A stretch of DNA of 64,000 bases from Eledone cirrhosa (taxonomy: Eukaryota). Below, piece after piece: positions 13,315 to 24,749 of this stretch; the stretch's first letter is position 1, and each line of letters opens with the position of its first letter. The translations under genes were made by a program, and so were the position numbers. Under the pieces are notes generated by a model, which did not search any database, was not told the DNA's origin, and saw only the letters and a program-made list of their open reading frames with translations. The DNA lies in the NCBI GenBank assembly GCA_964016885.1, contig OZ024740.1, positions 286,564,001-286,628,000 of the forward strand, given 5' to 3'.

Positions 13315-16300
13315 TCTACCGAAAATATGTAATTGAATAGAGCTGATACAAATCAATTAAAAGAAATAAATAGTTGTGTACAATGTGTAAATTTTGTAAT
13401 AATAAGCAAGATGAAAAAGTATATTTTATCATCTGCTTTTTCTACACGGGAATTATATATTAGATTTTCATACTTACAAAATAATTTTGCTAATATCGTG
13501 TTTAGCAGTGTCGGTTGAGCAATGTGTAAATATTTGATTAAAAACCAAAAGACAAACAGTAAATATATTTCAACCTCTGAATAAGTATTAAAGAAATGAC
13601 GATTTTCATTTTGAAAATATGATTTATGACATCAAAACTGCTTTAGCGTTTAATTTTTTGAATAAAAAGTATCGTCTGTTATTTCTTACAATTAACACAT
13701 TTATACACACACATGCACACACGCACACACATACGCACGTACACACACACACAAACACATACACACACAAACATACACACACACACACACAATCCCAAGA
13801 CGTGACGTTGTGGAAGGGGGAGTACTCTCTCTCTCTCATTCCTCTCTTTCTATCTCCCTCCCACACATCCTTCTCTCTCTGGCCGTTATGGAAATTACAC
13901 ACACACACACACATGCACGCACACATACACACACAAACACATACACACACATATACACACGCACATACACATACAATCCCATAACGTCGTGTTGTGGAAG
14001 GGGGAGAGTCAAGAAGTGTGTAAAAGGAACGCTCTCTCTCTTTATGGCCGTCATGGAATTTGTTAGTGCAAAAGTCTATAAGATTATAAAATCGAAGTTT
14101 GTGACTTCGAAATTAATCATTATGAAATAATTTTTTCTTGATGTTACAAACCGTAGCCTATTTTGGCTATGTGTTTAATTTGACAGAGATCGATGGAATA
14201 TTTTCCAAGTGAAACTCTTTTACACACACACACAGAACGGGAATTATATATATAGATATATATAAATCTGTAGTTTTCTGTATGTATGTGTAGATGTGTG
14301 TGTGGACAATTTTTAATGAGGGCTCATATATTCTAAACCATTCATGCGATTTCTTTGAAATTTTTTACAGAGCTTCTCCTTGCACAAAACCTGTACATGA
14401 TCTTCAAAGGCTTTAAAAAATCGATATTGGGGCCTTTGGAGACATTAAAAAAGTTTCGGTTATTTGTGTGAATTTTCGTGATTAAGTAAGACAAGAGTTA
14501 TCTTTCGTAATTCGGCTCATTCGGATTTTAATTTACTCTTTGTACTTGAAAGAAAGAGACTAACAATATCATTTTGTATATTTCACAAGCAGCAATTTCT
14601 AACAGATTACTAAGTTAAGTTATAGATTTGACATTGTATAATTTATCGTTTCAAGCTTGATGTTCATACATTAAGTGATGTCATAACTTTTACAATATTA
14701 TTCTTAAATTTATCTAAAATTATTTCGCTGGAATAGTGCCTAAGGTTTTCATGTTTACATAAAGTACGTTTTTCTTCTATCTATTCAAATTTACTTTGTT
14801 TAGTTTAATGAGCTACGTCCAAACAACGGGTAGTTTAGCTAGTATATAGATATATATAGATATAGCAAGCTTCCACAAAGCATTTCACTCACAAAGCATT
14901 GATCATCTCAGGCATACTGTAGAAGACATTTTCCCATAGTGGTGTACAATGGGATAGAACCTGAAACCACAAAGTGAACTTCTTAACCACACAATCTTAC
15001 CTGTGATTATCATAGTCATCATTGTTTTTATGTCCACTTTTCCATGCTGGCATGGGTTGGACTAAACTTTTTGGGGTAATATTTTATTTTACAGCTGGAT
15101 GAACTTTCTGACACCAACTCTATTAGTACCACTTACAACAAATGAGGATACAATATACACCTATTCTACACTAGATATACATGGCAACACACACACCCAC
15201 CCACACATATATATATATATATATGTGTATGTATATATCTATATATCTATATATATATCATATATAAGAAGTAAGCCATATTGAGGGAGGGAGAGAAAGT
15301 GTGTGTGTGTGAGAGAGAGGGAGAGAGAGAGCAAGAACAATATAATCATTTTTTGTGGAGGTACCTGATTATGATCCATTATATTGATTTGTTAATAGGT
15401 ATAATTGAATAAGTCCAGTATTGTTGGCATGTGAGTGTTATATTGTGCATGTCATGTTAACTAGCTGTCTCTACTGACACCTACATGTACATATATTTCT
15501 ATTTTCTGTTGACTCAGAGCAGTCATTTCTGGCAACTGTTATCAGATCACTGTAGTCTACTATTTCTGTACTTTAATTATAAATTATCTACACTCTTTCT
15601 TTTATCTTTATTACTGTATTTTTATTCTGCTGTTAATGAAGGTGTGTGGCTTAGGGAGCTGGGCTCACAATGGAAATATTGTAAGTTTGATTCCCAGAGT
15701 GGACAGCTCATGCTGCTCCTGTCCACTCAGCTAGAACAAATGAGTTATGACAATACTGGTGTCAAGTTATATCAGCCTTTGCCTTTCCCTTAAACAATAT
15801 TGGTATCACGGAGAGGAGAGACTTGCATGCATGTGGAACAGTTGGTCTTCTACAAAACACCCTGCCCTGTCATGGAGAGGCAAATCCATGGTCAGTCAGT
15901 GATAAGTGTATAATCCATGACTAGTCATAATTGAATGAATTGAAGTTATTTCACTACACCCAGGAAACATCCCATTACCTCATTTTTATTTTCCTATAAA
16001 TGAAAGTATATGTAAAAATATAAAATTTGTTGAAAAGCAGTGTTTTAAGTCCATTTCCCCTGCTAAAGCTTTGTGGATCCTTTAAAAGTCTTCACACTCA
16101 TAATGGAGTCCTTTTTGAAGCAGTGTTTTATAACCAGATGCCCTTTTTGATACCAACCCCTTTTTTGGTCACATGTTGTGCCTACTCTAAACTGGATACA
16201 CATAGTTGAACATTTTGTACGAAAGAGAGAAGACAAATTTTGAAAGGTTAATTTTTTTACAATTCTACTATGAAATGAATTAGTTATATATAATTCAATT

Positions 16301-18205
16301 CAGTAGAATTATCTGTATTGCTACTTTCTGCTTTTATTATTATTTTTTTTTTTTTTTACTGTTTAGACAGCAAGAGAGGGGCTGTGCCCATGACTCTTTG
16401 CTGGTCCACTGAGACTGGTGAGGAGAGAGAAGGTACCTTCAGACTAGAGACCTGGCTTGAATGATTGCAACAGAGTGGATTCGAAGGGCCTGGTGGCAGT
16501 GTTAAACAAGGTGATGGATTAAGTTTACTATTGAAATAAGCCACATTAGGATTTGTGTTCAGAATGCAAAGAGCCAGACAAATACTGCAAAGCATCTAAT
16601 CTTATACTCTAACATTTCTGCCAATCAACCTCTCTGGACTGGTATTTTATCCACTTTGAAAAGGATGCCCAGAAAATTTGACTTCAGTGGGATTTGAATT
16701 TAGTGTGTTGTGAGCCATAAAAATACAGCAAGCCATTTGTTTCCATGCTTCAACCTTTTCATTACTGTATTTCTAATGAAAGATACTGCTTATGATTTTT
16801 AAATAAATTTGAAAATAATCAAGAATTTAGAGCGATTTACTAAAATAACTAACTTTCTTATCATCGAGCTGCTGTTTGGAACAAAGGTTCTTACATAAAA
16901 TTATGGTGAAAGGTTTTTAGATAAACACGTTAAACACGTTTTAGATAAACACGTTAAAAGAAACAGCTTTGTGTGGTAGATCCAGGGGTAGTTTCAGACA
17001 GGTTAATGATAGCAAAAGGTTTAAAGACTTCCAATTAAACAAAAAAAAAAAATATTATTATTCATTTAATATAATAAAGGAACATTAATTGAATGTATAT
17101 ATGAGAGTTATTGATCAGTACGTGATTACTCCTGATTACCCCGAGAGAGCAAGAGAGAGGATATCTATCATACATTGGAGTAACTTTCTCCAGGCTATTG
17201 AGAGATTTTGACTCAGTACTGCAAGCTTATTCAGTGACTCAGCTGTTTAGTGTTCAACTGTATGGACTTTTCTTTGGTACCTATTTTCAGTAAAGAATCA
17301 TCACTAGATTATAAAAAAAAATGTTAACTCCTTGGCTAGTAATTAATCCAGCCAACTGTGAGTGGTTTATTATGAAGTGTCCTTTTGTACTGAAGTGAAA
17401 TGTCACAGAGCTTATTGGTGGTTAATGGTTTGAGAAATTACATTAATTAAAATAGTTAACATTTTTTATTGCTTGCTAAAAGAATTTATATATCTTTTTG
17501 TGTATTACCTTTCTAGGTTATCAATCATGTCACAGTCCCCTCATTAAGTAACAAAGAAAAAAAATTCCTTTCTTCATAAAATAGTAACAAAACCTGTTTT
17601 TTGGTGTGTGTTTTACTGTACTGGTTCGTGTTAACATAAGTCATATTTACTTCAATCTTAGTGATGATATTTAATTCTGTGATAGTTTACAGCCTAATGG
17701 TTAAGGTGTTGGTCTCATGATCATAAGGTTATGATGGGTTTGATACCCAGACTGGGAAATATGTTTCATCCTTGAGTAAAACACTTCATTTCTCAGTCGA
17801 CTTAGCTGAAAATGAGTATCAGCAACATCAACAGTGGGAATTCAGTTTTTAAAGCATGTGCTACATGAGATAGGAATGTTGGCATTGAAAAACATGTAAA
17901 AACTGATGATAATGATATTTAATCAACCATCAAGTACTATGGTTGCAATAATCAAGTAACACTTCTCTCCAAATTTCTGGCCTGGTGCCTCTATTAGAAA
18001 CATTTGTTATAGATTCAGCATGACACAATGTATGACAAATGTATATCTGATTTAGAATAAGCCAACTCTATCCCTGCATGTTAGAAATGACAAAATGGGT
18101 GAGTGCCAGGAAAGGAATCCAGCTATGAAATATTACCTTAGAAAGGACCCCTGGAATATGAAGTCTACCATGACAACTTTTGCTTTAGCAGGGAAATTGG
18201 TTTAA

Positions 18206-18402
18206 CCCTCTAGCATTTAAACCAGTCGTATCCAGCCAGAATTCCCTCACCTCTTTCTATTCTAACATGCCCGTAACTGGCTGCTCATGTATGTTAAGGT
18301 ATTGTTGTCAAAATAAATATCAAAATCTTGTAGATTCAATATCATGTGAGATAATTATGTTAGATAAAGTGTTTACCATGAAACTACAATAGTAAATAAG
18401 GG
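18206..18402. mobile_element. piggyBac-type MITE
   Basis: TTAA|CCCT...AGGG|TTAA termini (TTAA at 18202 and 18403). Similar elements at about 16750-17023 and 31744-31867. Confidence 0.65.
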
Positions 18403-19549
18403 TTAAAACATTTCATTTGTTGCAGTGGATAAAAAAGCAGAGTAATTGCATAGTACATTCTTCTCTTACAAATTTATGATTTTATACTAATATTAGAAAT
18501 CATTCAAAACCTCTCAAGCTAGTCAAACACTAGGGTTGAGTTCATTGACTCTATCCCTTCTTCCCCAACACCAAATTGTGAGGGAGTATTTTTGTGTCAC
18601 TGTTTGTTGTTCTTATCTATTATTTATAAATCTTATTTTTCCTTATTATTGTTTTGATGTTGTTTTTGTTCAGAGGTGTCAATGTAGGAGGTATGTACAA
18701 CAGTGTTGTTGCTGTTGCTATATTAGTTTTGCTCTGTGCTCTTTCAACCTCCACCTCAACACAATCACTGTTGTTTACACAGTAATCAGTGTTTTATTAA
18801 GAATGATGTATTAGAGTTATTGAATTGATAGATACACCTAATATTACAGATTTATTTCTAGCACAGTGCTAAGTTAGTTTTACCATCACCAATGTAAGCT
18901 AACTGATTTTGCTTTAATATTTACCTTATATATGTATGTATATGTGTATACATAATGCTCAGCAGTATATATATGTGTATATACACATATATATACTGCT
19001 GAACATCATTTCTGTGGTATGTATAACAAAGCTAAGACCTTTCTTTCTTCTTCCATCTTTAAATAATGCTTTTCAGTCAGTTATTAATTTTAGTGTCAAT
19101 ATTTTTAGTAATATCCGAAAACTCATTTTATAATCTAAACTATAATATTAGTGTAACAACATTTATCTTTTACTGACCTATCTATCTAACTAAACCTCTG
19201 TTTCCTTCTCTCACTCCCACCTCAACCACCACCATCAACACCAGATGTGTGGGAGTTTAAAAGCATATACATACTGCTAAACTTCACTTCAACAAAAATG
19301 GATTCCAAAGCTAAATCTTTCTTTCTTTCTCTATTTTTAATCATGTTTTGCAGTCAGCTATTCATTTTTGTGTTTATATATCCAGTAATATCTGAAAACT
19401 CATTTTATAATCTAAGCTATGATGAAAGTGTATTGTACACTTCTCCCTAAACCCCACCTGCCCACTGTCCATTTGCCTCCCTGTTGAAGGCCATCTGCCA
19501 CTTCCTGTCCATGTTTTATATCTGCCTTTCCAATGACCACTTAATGAAC

Positions 19550-19875
19550 TTTCTAGTGATCCAAAAGCAATTTCAGTAGACCTACAAATATCAAAAGCAA
19601 CAGCTAAGTTTAATGAACTGAGAACAGTACTAACAGACAATGTTAATATGAACAAAAGAAGAAAGTTGTTTGAAGCATGTGTGAGATCTCGATTGATATA
19701 TCGAGTGCAATTTGCCTTCCAAAAGAAACTGGAATAATCCGTGCTGGATTCAATTTCAAAGAAGCATGGTTAAAGGAGGCTGGAGCAGAGTCAATCACGA
19801 TGAAGGAGAATACAATTTTGTATACACTAACATAGAAATTCAAAATATTGTCAAGACTTTCTACTTACAAAACTT
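19550..19875 (+). mobile_element. Decayed LINE C-terminal fragment of a different RTE-like family
   Basis: Encodes ISKATAKFNELRTVLTD...KRRKLFEACVRSRLIY. Confidence 0.65.
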
Positions 19876-21969
19876 CAGCCATCTTGCTCGGGGTCTGCTC
19901 CAGAGCCTCCTGCCAGTACGTTTTTGCTCGTAAAATCTATCCAGTAATTCTTTCCTGAGACATTCTAACAACATGCCTGTTGTATCAGAGCTGTGATCTC
20001 TCAATTTGGAGAAGTAGCAGCTCTACCTGGAATGACTCTCTGATCTCTGAGCTACAAACTTTATCGAATAACATTACTGCAAAGAGCCTTCGGAGGAATC
20101 CCATTTTGGCTGCTTGTAACTGCTATCATGTTCTTTCTGTCATTACCCAAGATTCATGACCTTAGATAAAGGTTGGCATGAATACCAAATTGAAGATAGT
20201 GAAATTGGCTTTTATACCTACCTCCTTTCTTCTGATTACTGAATGCTGAATGCATAGGCTTCCTTGAGAGGATGAATGTCTTAGTTTTCGCAGCACTTAT
20301 TTTCATTTCAGCCATGCAGCACTCGGCATCAAACCTATCAAGTGCAAGTCAGTGGTCACCTTCTGTCGAGTTAAGTAACACCATGTCGTCTGTAAATTCC
20401 AGTCAACTGATCTTAAACCCGCCTACCATGATACCACTTCCAAGCTGACTGTGTGTGTCAATCCTGTTTATGTAAATGATGAACAGGAGAGGTGACAGTA
20501 CGAACCCTTGGCGGAGTTCAACTCCCACATTGAATGGTTTCATTTTAGCATCATTTATCCGAACAAAAATACTCAGGCATTCATATAGAGAGATTGGCAA
20601 CAAGAAGCTGACCATCGATCCCATATTCCTGCAGAACCTTCCACAGCAGGTTCCGAGGAATGCAGTCATAGGCCTTTACGAAGTCTACAAAACAAAAATA
20701 TAACTCTTAACAATACTCTTACGATTTCTCAAAGACCTACCACAGTGTGAATATTTGGTCAGCTGTGCTGCATCCGGGGCGAAAACATACTGTTCATCAG
20801 CTAGCTTGGACTTGACAATATTCTTACCTCTCTTTGCCAGATACTTAGCATAGACGTTACTGGGGAGGCTTAAGAAGTAAATCCCTCTGTAATTGGAACC
20901 ATCTCTCTTGTCTCCCTTTTTGAAAATTGGGATTATTACTCCTGATTACCATTGTTTAGGTGCCTTTCCAGAGAATACCTTCTCTATTTAAGGCTTTTAA
21001 CATCTCAGGCCGGATTTCGTCGTCCCCAGTGGCCTTGCCACATTTGAGCTCTTTAACTACTCTTGTGACTTCAGCCTCTGAGAGATTAGTCACCACTACC
21101 AGATACACCTCATGTACTTCAGAAGATGCTGTTATGAACGGGTTTAGATCAGCAAAGTTTTCTCTCCACCTCGCAAAGATACACCTTTCTGAAGACAGAC
21201 AGGAGAACTCATTCCTGTTAGCAAGTGTGGAGGAGGACTTCTTACGTCGTCATTTAATGGTTTGTCGGAACACTTTATTTGCTAATTTCAGATTTCAGCT
21301 TAACACCCAAACTCCTTCCATGTCTCTACTTTGGATACCTTTACTCTCTCTTCTGTGATTCTTCATGCCTGTTTAGAAGGAGGACTTATTTCCAAGCCAA
21401 GCTTTGTAGCCTCGACTTCTTGATTGAACCGAGGGGTCCTCCTGCCATCCTTCTGCCACATCAAGCCTCTTTCACCCACAGCATTTAACAGCTGAAGTAG
21501 AAACTGTTGTAATGAACAATCTCCACTCAGTCACAACATCCTCAGTTTGCTCAGGGAGTCCTCTGAATTTGGATGCAATAATATCTGCAAACCTGGTCCT
21601 GGCTCCCTTATCCACCAATGCTTCCCACTTTAACCTGTAGGTCGCCCTGGACCTGCCAGTTTTGTGGGCTTCTTCGATGTTAGGTACTCTTATGTACCCC
21701 CTCTCTTAACACAATCATCCAACACAGAATCAAAGAGATCAAAGACAATAACAAAATCGATTAATGATCTCTGTCCTTTATTCCCCTTATACCAAGTATA
21801 TTTATGCATGTCTCTGTGCTGGAAGAAGGTGTTCATAATAGAGAGTCCATTGCTAGAACAAAAGTCTAATAAGGTCTCTCCATTCGTTTTTAGATCAGAA
21901 TCACCGTTCCTTCCAATCACTCCTTTCCATGGGGGTCAGTGCCAACATGTGCATTGAAGTCTCCCAGGT
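19876..21969 (-). mobile_element. Decayed RTE LINE body (partial endonuclease, RT, C-terminal region)
   Basis: LGDFNAHVG, NGETLLDFCSSNGLSIMNTFFQH, RSLIDFVIV and VGVELRQGFVLSPLLF, with many stops and frameshifts. Confidence 0.9.
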
Positions 21970-22210
21970 TTGAGAAAGTACCAGATTGGTGACTGGCATG
22001 AATAAGACCACTAAAACTGCAATATGGTGAGTAGTACTGAAAAGAACCATGCCACATTGTCCTTCATGTAGGCTAACAGGGGATGCATTCAGGCCTTAGG
22101 TAGAAGGACCTGTCCTGGGTGGTGTGGAATGAGTGTACTAAGATTGCATATCCTGAGACCCCAAAACGGTTCGGAAGGGAGCAAACCTTGACAATTGGAA
22201 CCTGGAACTT
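21970..22210 (+). mobile_element. RTE 5'UTR and start of the endonuclease domain, inverted relative to the adjacent body
   Basis: Ends in codons for LTIGTWN (22188-22208), the first apurinic/apyrimidinic endonuclease (APE) motif. Confidence 0.6.
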
Positions 22211-22234
22211 TTGATCTTATGCTAAAATATATAT

Positions 22235-22405
22235 ATAGGAAGAGATTATTTTCTGCCACTTCTCATTCTATTTTTTGATGAAGGACTAGCGTCTGAAACT
22301 GAGGATGTTGATGAAGGACTAGCGTCTTTTCCTACTACATCAAGCGTAAAACTAATATATTTCTTCATTCTGCTGTGTCATTTGCTTTGTTATTTCTTTT
22401 GCATA
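22235..22405 (+). mobile_element. Penelope-like pLTR relic with a degenerate minimal hammerhead core
   Basis: tTGATGA-a-GGAC-tagc-GTCT-GAAAC at 22275-22299, flanked by (TA)n tracts. Confidence 0.5.
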
Positions 22406-23497
22406 TATATATATATATATCATCATCATCATCATCATCACCGTTTTATGTCCGTTCTTCCACGCTAGCATGGGTTAGACGGGTTGTCCTGTTGTGGGCA
22501 GTGTCTGGTCGGCTGACCTTGTCTTGCTCATACAGGAACTGATTCTGGCTTGATTTCTACAGCTAGATGCCCTTCCTAACACCAACCTCATTTACAGTGT
22601 GGGCACACACAAGTACTCTCTTCTCATCCTTCTTCTTCATTTGTTCTTCCTATTGACTAATTTTGGCTCAGATTCTTCAACCTGTTCCAACACTAACTAA
22701 CAGGACAGCATTTTTCTTCTTGATTGTTTTCCCAACCATAATTAACCACTCCTTGGTCAATATGATTGAGATTCTGAACTCAGAAATATTATCTATCAGA
22801 AAATAACTAATTAAATATTAACAACGGACAAATAAATAAATAAAAACTCCTTAAAACAGAGAAAAGTTTTTTCCCAATTAATTAAAGGTTAACATTTATA
22901 TCAAGTTATCACATAATATAACTTAGCTTTAATTATCTCTTTCCATTTTGTGTAGTTTGCATTTTTTCTAATATTTAGCAATAATCAGAAAAGTTGGCAA
23001 TAACTATTTTCTTTTATGTGTGCCACATATTAATGATCTTTCTGTGAGAGGATTCAATCACAGCACTAGAAACCATCAAATTGTGAATTTTCTCTTAGTT
23101 TGTTGTTCGACCGCCAAATAGTTGTCTTTATTTTCTTACTTGTTTAGTTGCCAGGTAACTGAGGAAGCAGTTTTGTTGAATAAACCAGTCGGCTTTTAAT
23201 AAATCTGGCATGGAGAAGCCATATTGTTTCAGTTTGGTCTACTACCACTACATCATATAATAGATAATTGTATGGTGTGTGATGTGACAGTGTAGTCATG
23301 TTGATTCTGTTTTCTGGAATAGTCTATTTATGTATAATATGTGCAGCTATGGGTATGTAGTAAAGAATCTGCTTTGTAACCATGTGGTTTTGGGTTCCAT
23401 CCCACTCCATGATACTTTCATCAAATGCCTTCTATTATAGCTTCATGCATTGAACAGATACTGTAAAAATAGCATTATATATATATATATATATATA

Positions 23498-24040
23498 TCA
23501 TCATCATCACCGTTTTACATCTATTTTTCCACACTGGCATGGGTTAAACGAGTTGTCCTGTTGTGGGCAATGCTAAGTCAGGTGACCATGTCTTGCTCAT
23601 AAAGGACTGATTTTGGTTTCGTTTCTACATCTGGATGCCCTTCATAACGCCAACTTCATTTACAGTGAGTACTGGGTGCTTTTTGTCGTGACACCTACAC
23701 GAACACATTACAGAGTGGACTGGGTGCTTTTTGTCATGACACCTACACAACCACTTTACAGTGGGAGGGTGGGGTGGGGGGTCATACTGTGTATATGCTT
23801 CAGCTTTCGACTGTGCCCATGGGAAGTTGGGTCTTCTGTAGTACTGCGTAATGCCAGAGATCTTGGTCATGTTTCATCACCTCCGAGAGGTGCAATTGGG
23901 CAAGGTACCCATTATCACTTCATCCCAAGACTTCCTGGGTTCCGACTTTGAGTGCTCTGCACCTTTTTATGCAGCTGTCATCCTTCATAAAGATCTCATG
24001 TCCAACGTAATCTCCTCTCCTGCACACAGCATTTTATTCC
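23498..24040 (-). mobile_element. Older RTE 3' fragment with a 3'UTR holding two ~50-bp hairpin repeat units
   Basis: Homologous to 24750-25400; has a (GAT)n tail next to (TA)n. Confidence 0.85.
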
Positions 24041-24044
24041 TCTT

Positions 24045-24254
24045 ATGACTTATATATATGCCAGACAACAACACAACAGTAACATAGACATGGACAACAT
24101 AGAAGTTAGAATAATATCTAAACATAGAAATGACCCAGCAGATAGGCAAATCAGAGAGGCCAGCGAAATAGAACTTAGAAGGCCAAGGCTAAACAGAAAA
24201 AATGAATGGAATAACAACAACATCCAAACAAACAACACTGACCTAAGAGAAGTA

Positions 24255-24285
<31 letters not shown>

Positions 24286-24720
24286 ATACATACACAAGTA
24301 CAATAACAACAAAAACATATAAACACACACTAGTAAACTAAGATAGAATACACAGTCACCCAAACAAGAAGAAACATCAAACAAAACACTATACACACAC
24401 GCAAACGCATGCACAGAGAAGACAAAAAAATAAACAAGTAAATAAATAAATAAACAGACTAAATAAAGATGGCGTAAGCATACAATGCAACGGGAGGAAA
24501 CATAATAGCACCACTGACGATGTTGCAGATGTGCAACAAAAGAACTTTGATAGACTATATATATGTGTTTGTGTCTATATTGTATCTGTATTTTTAACCG
24601 TTGGTCAGTCAATGGCAACATTGAGGACTGAATAAATTAAATTAACCGAGATAAAAGACACAGAAGCGAAAACCAAACAAAACAGTGAGTGTGTTCTGTT
24701 ATTAATTCTGGCAATATTAT
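24045..24720 (+). mobile_element. Penelope-like element 3' relic (end of GIY-YIG endonuclease plus pLTR-like region)
   Basis: RQIREASEIELRRPRLNRKNEW fits the Penelope GIY-YIG C-terminal pattern R.I.EA..I....P.LN. A hammerhead-like core lies at 24514-24541. Confidence 0.7.
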
Positions 24721-24749
24721 TACACAAATATGCCCCCCCCCCCCCCCCC

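Larger units (their letters stand above)
11442..14256 (-). mobile_element. Helitron B (inner), internally deleted, carrying the N-terminal part of Rep/Hel
   Basis: 5' TC at 14256, a 3' hairpin gacaccgtccaatgaacgggggtc, and CTAG ending at 11442. Inserted between A and T with no target-site duplication (TSD). Confidence 0.9.
11436..14842 (+). mobile_element. Non-autonomous Helitron C (middle; own sequence 11436-11441 plus 14257-14842)
   Basis: Starts TCTATA|TATATATAAATCTG. Ends with ctacgtccaaacaacgggtag then CTAG (14839-14842) followed by T. Confidence 0.75.
10217..14850 (-). mobile_element. Non-autonomous Helitron A (outer; own sequence 10217-11435 plus 14843-14850)
   Basis: The minus-strand 3' end is a GC-rich imperfect hairpin (about 10227-10247) followed by TTAG|T. 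The 5' end TCTATATA is restored once the inner elements are removed. Inserted at A|T in a (TA)n tract. Confidence 0.75.

Noticed and set aside
23655-23760. Repeated ~50-bp units with hairpins, superficially CRISPR-like
   Set aside because: The units are contiguous with no unique spacers, sit in a LINE 3'UTR in eukaryotic DNA, and no cas genes are present.
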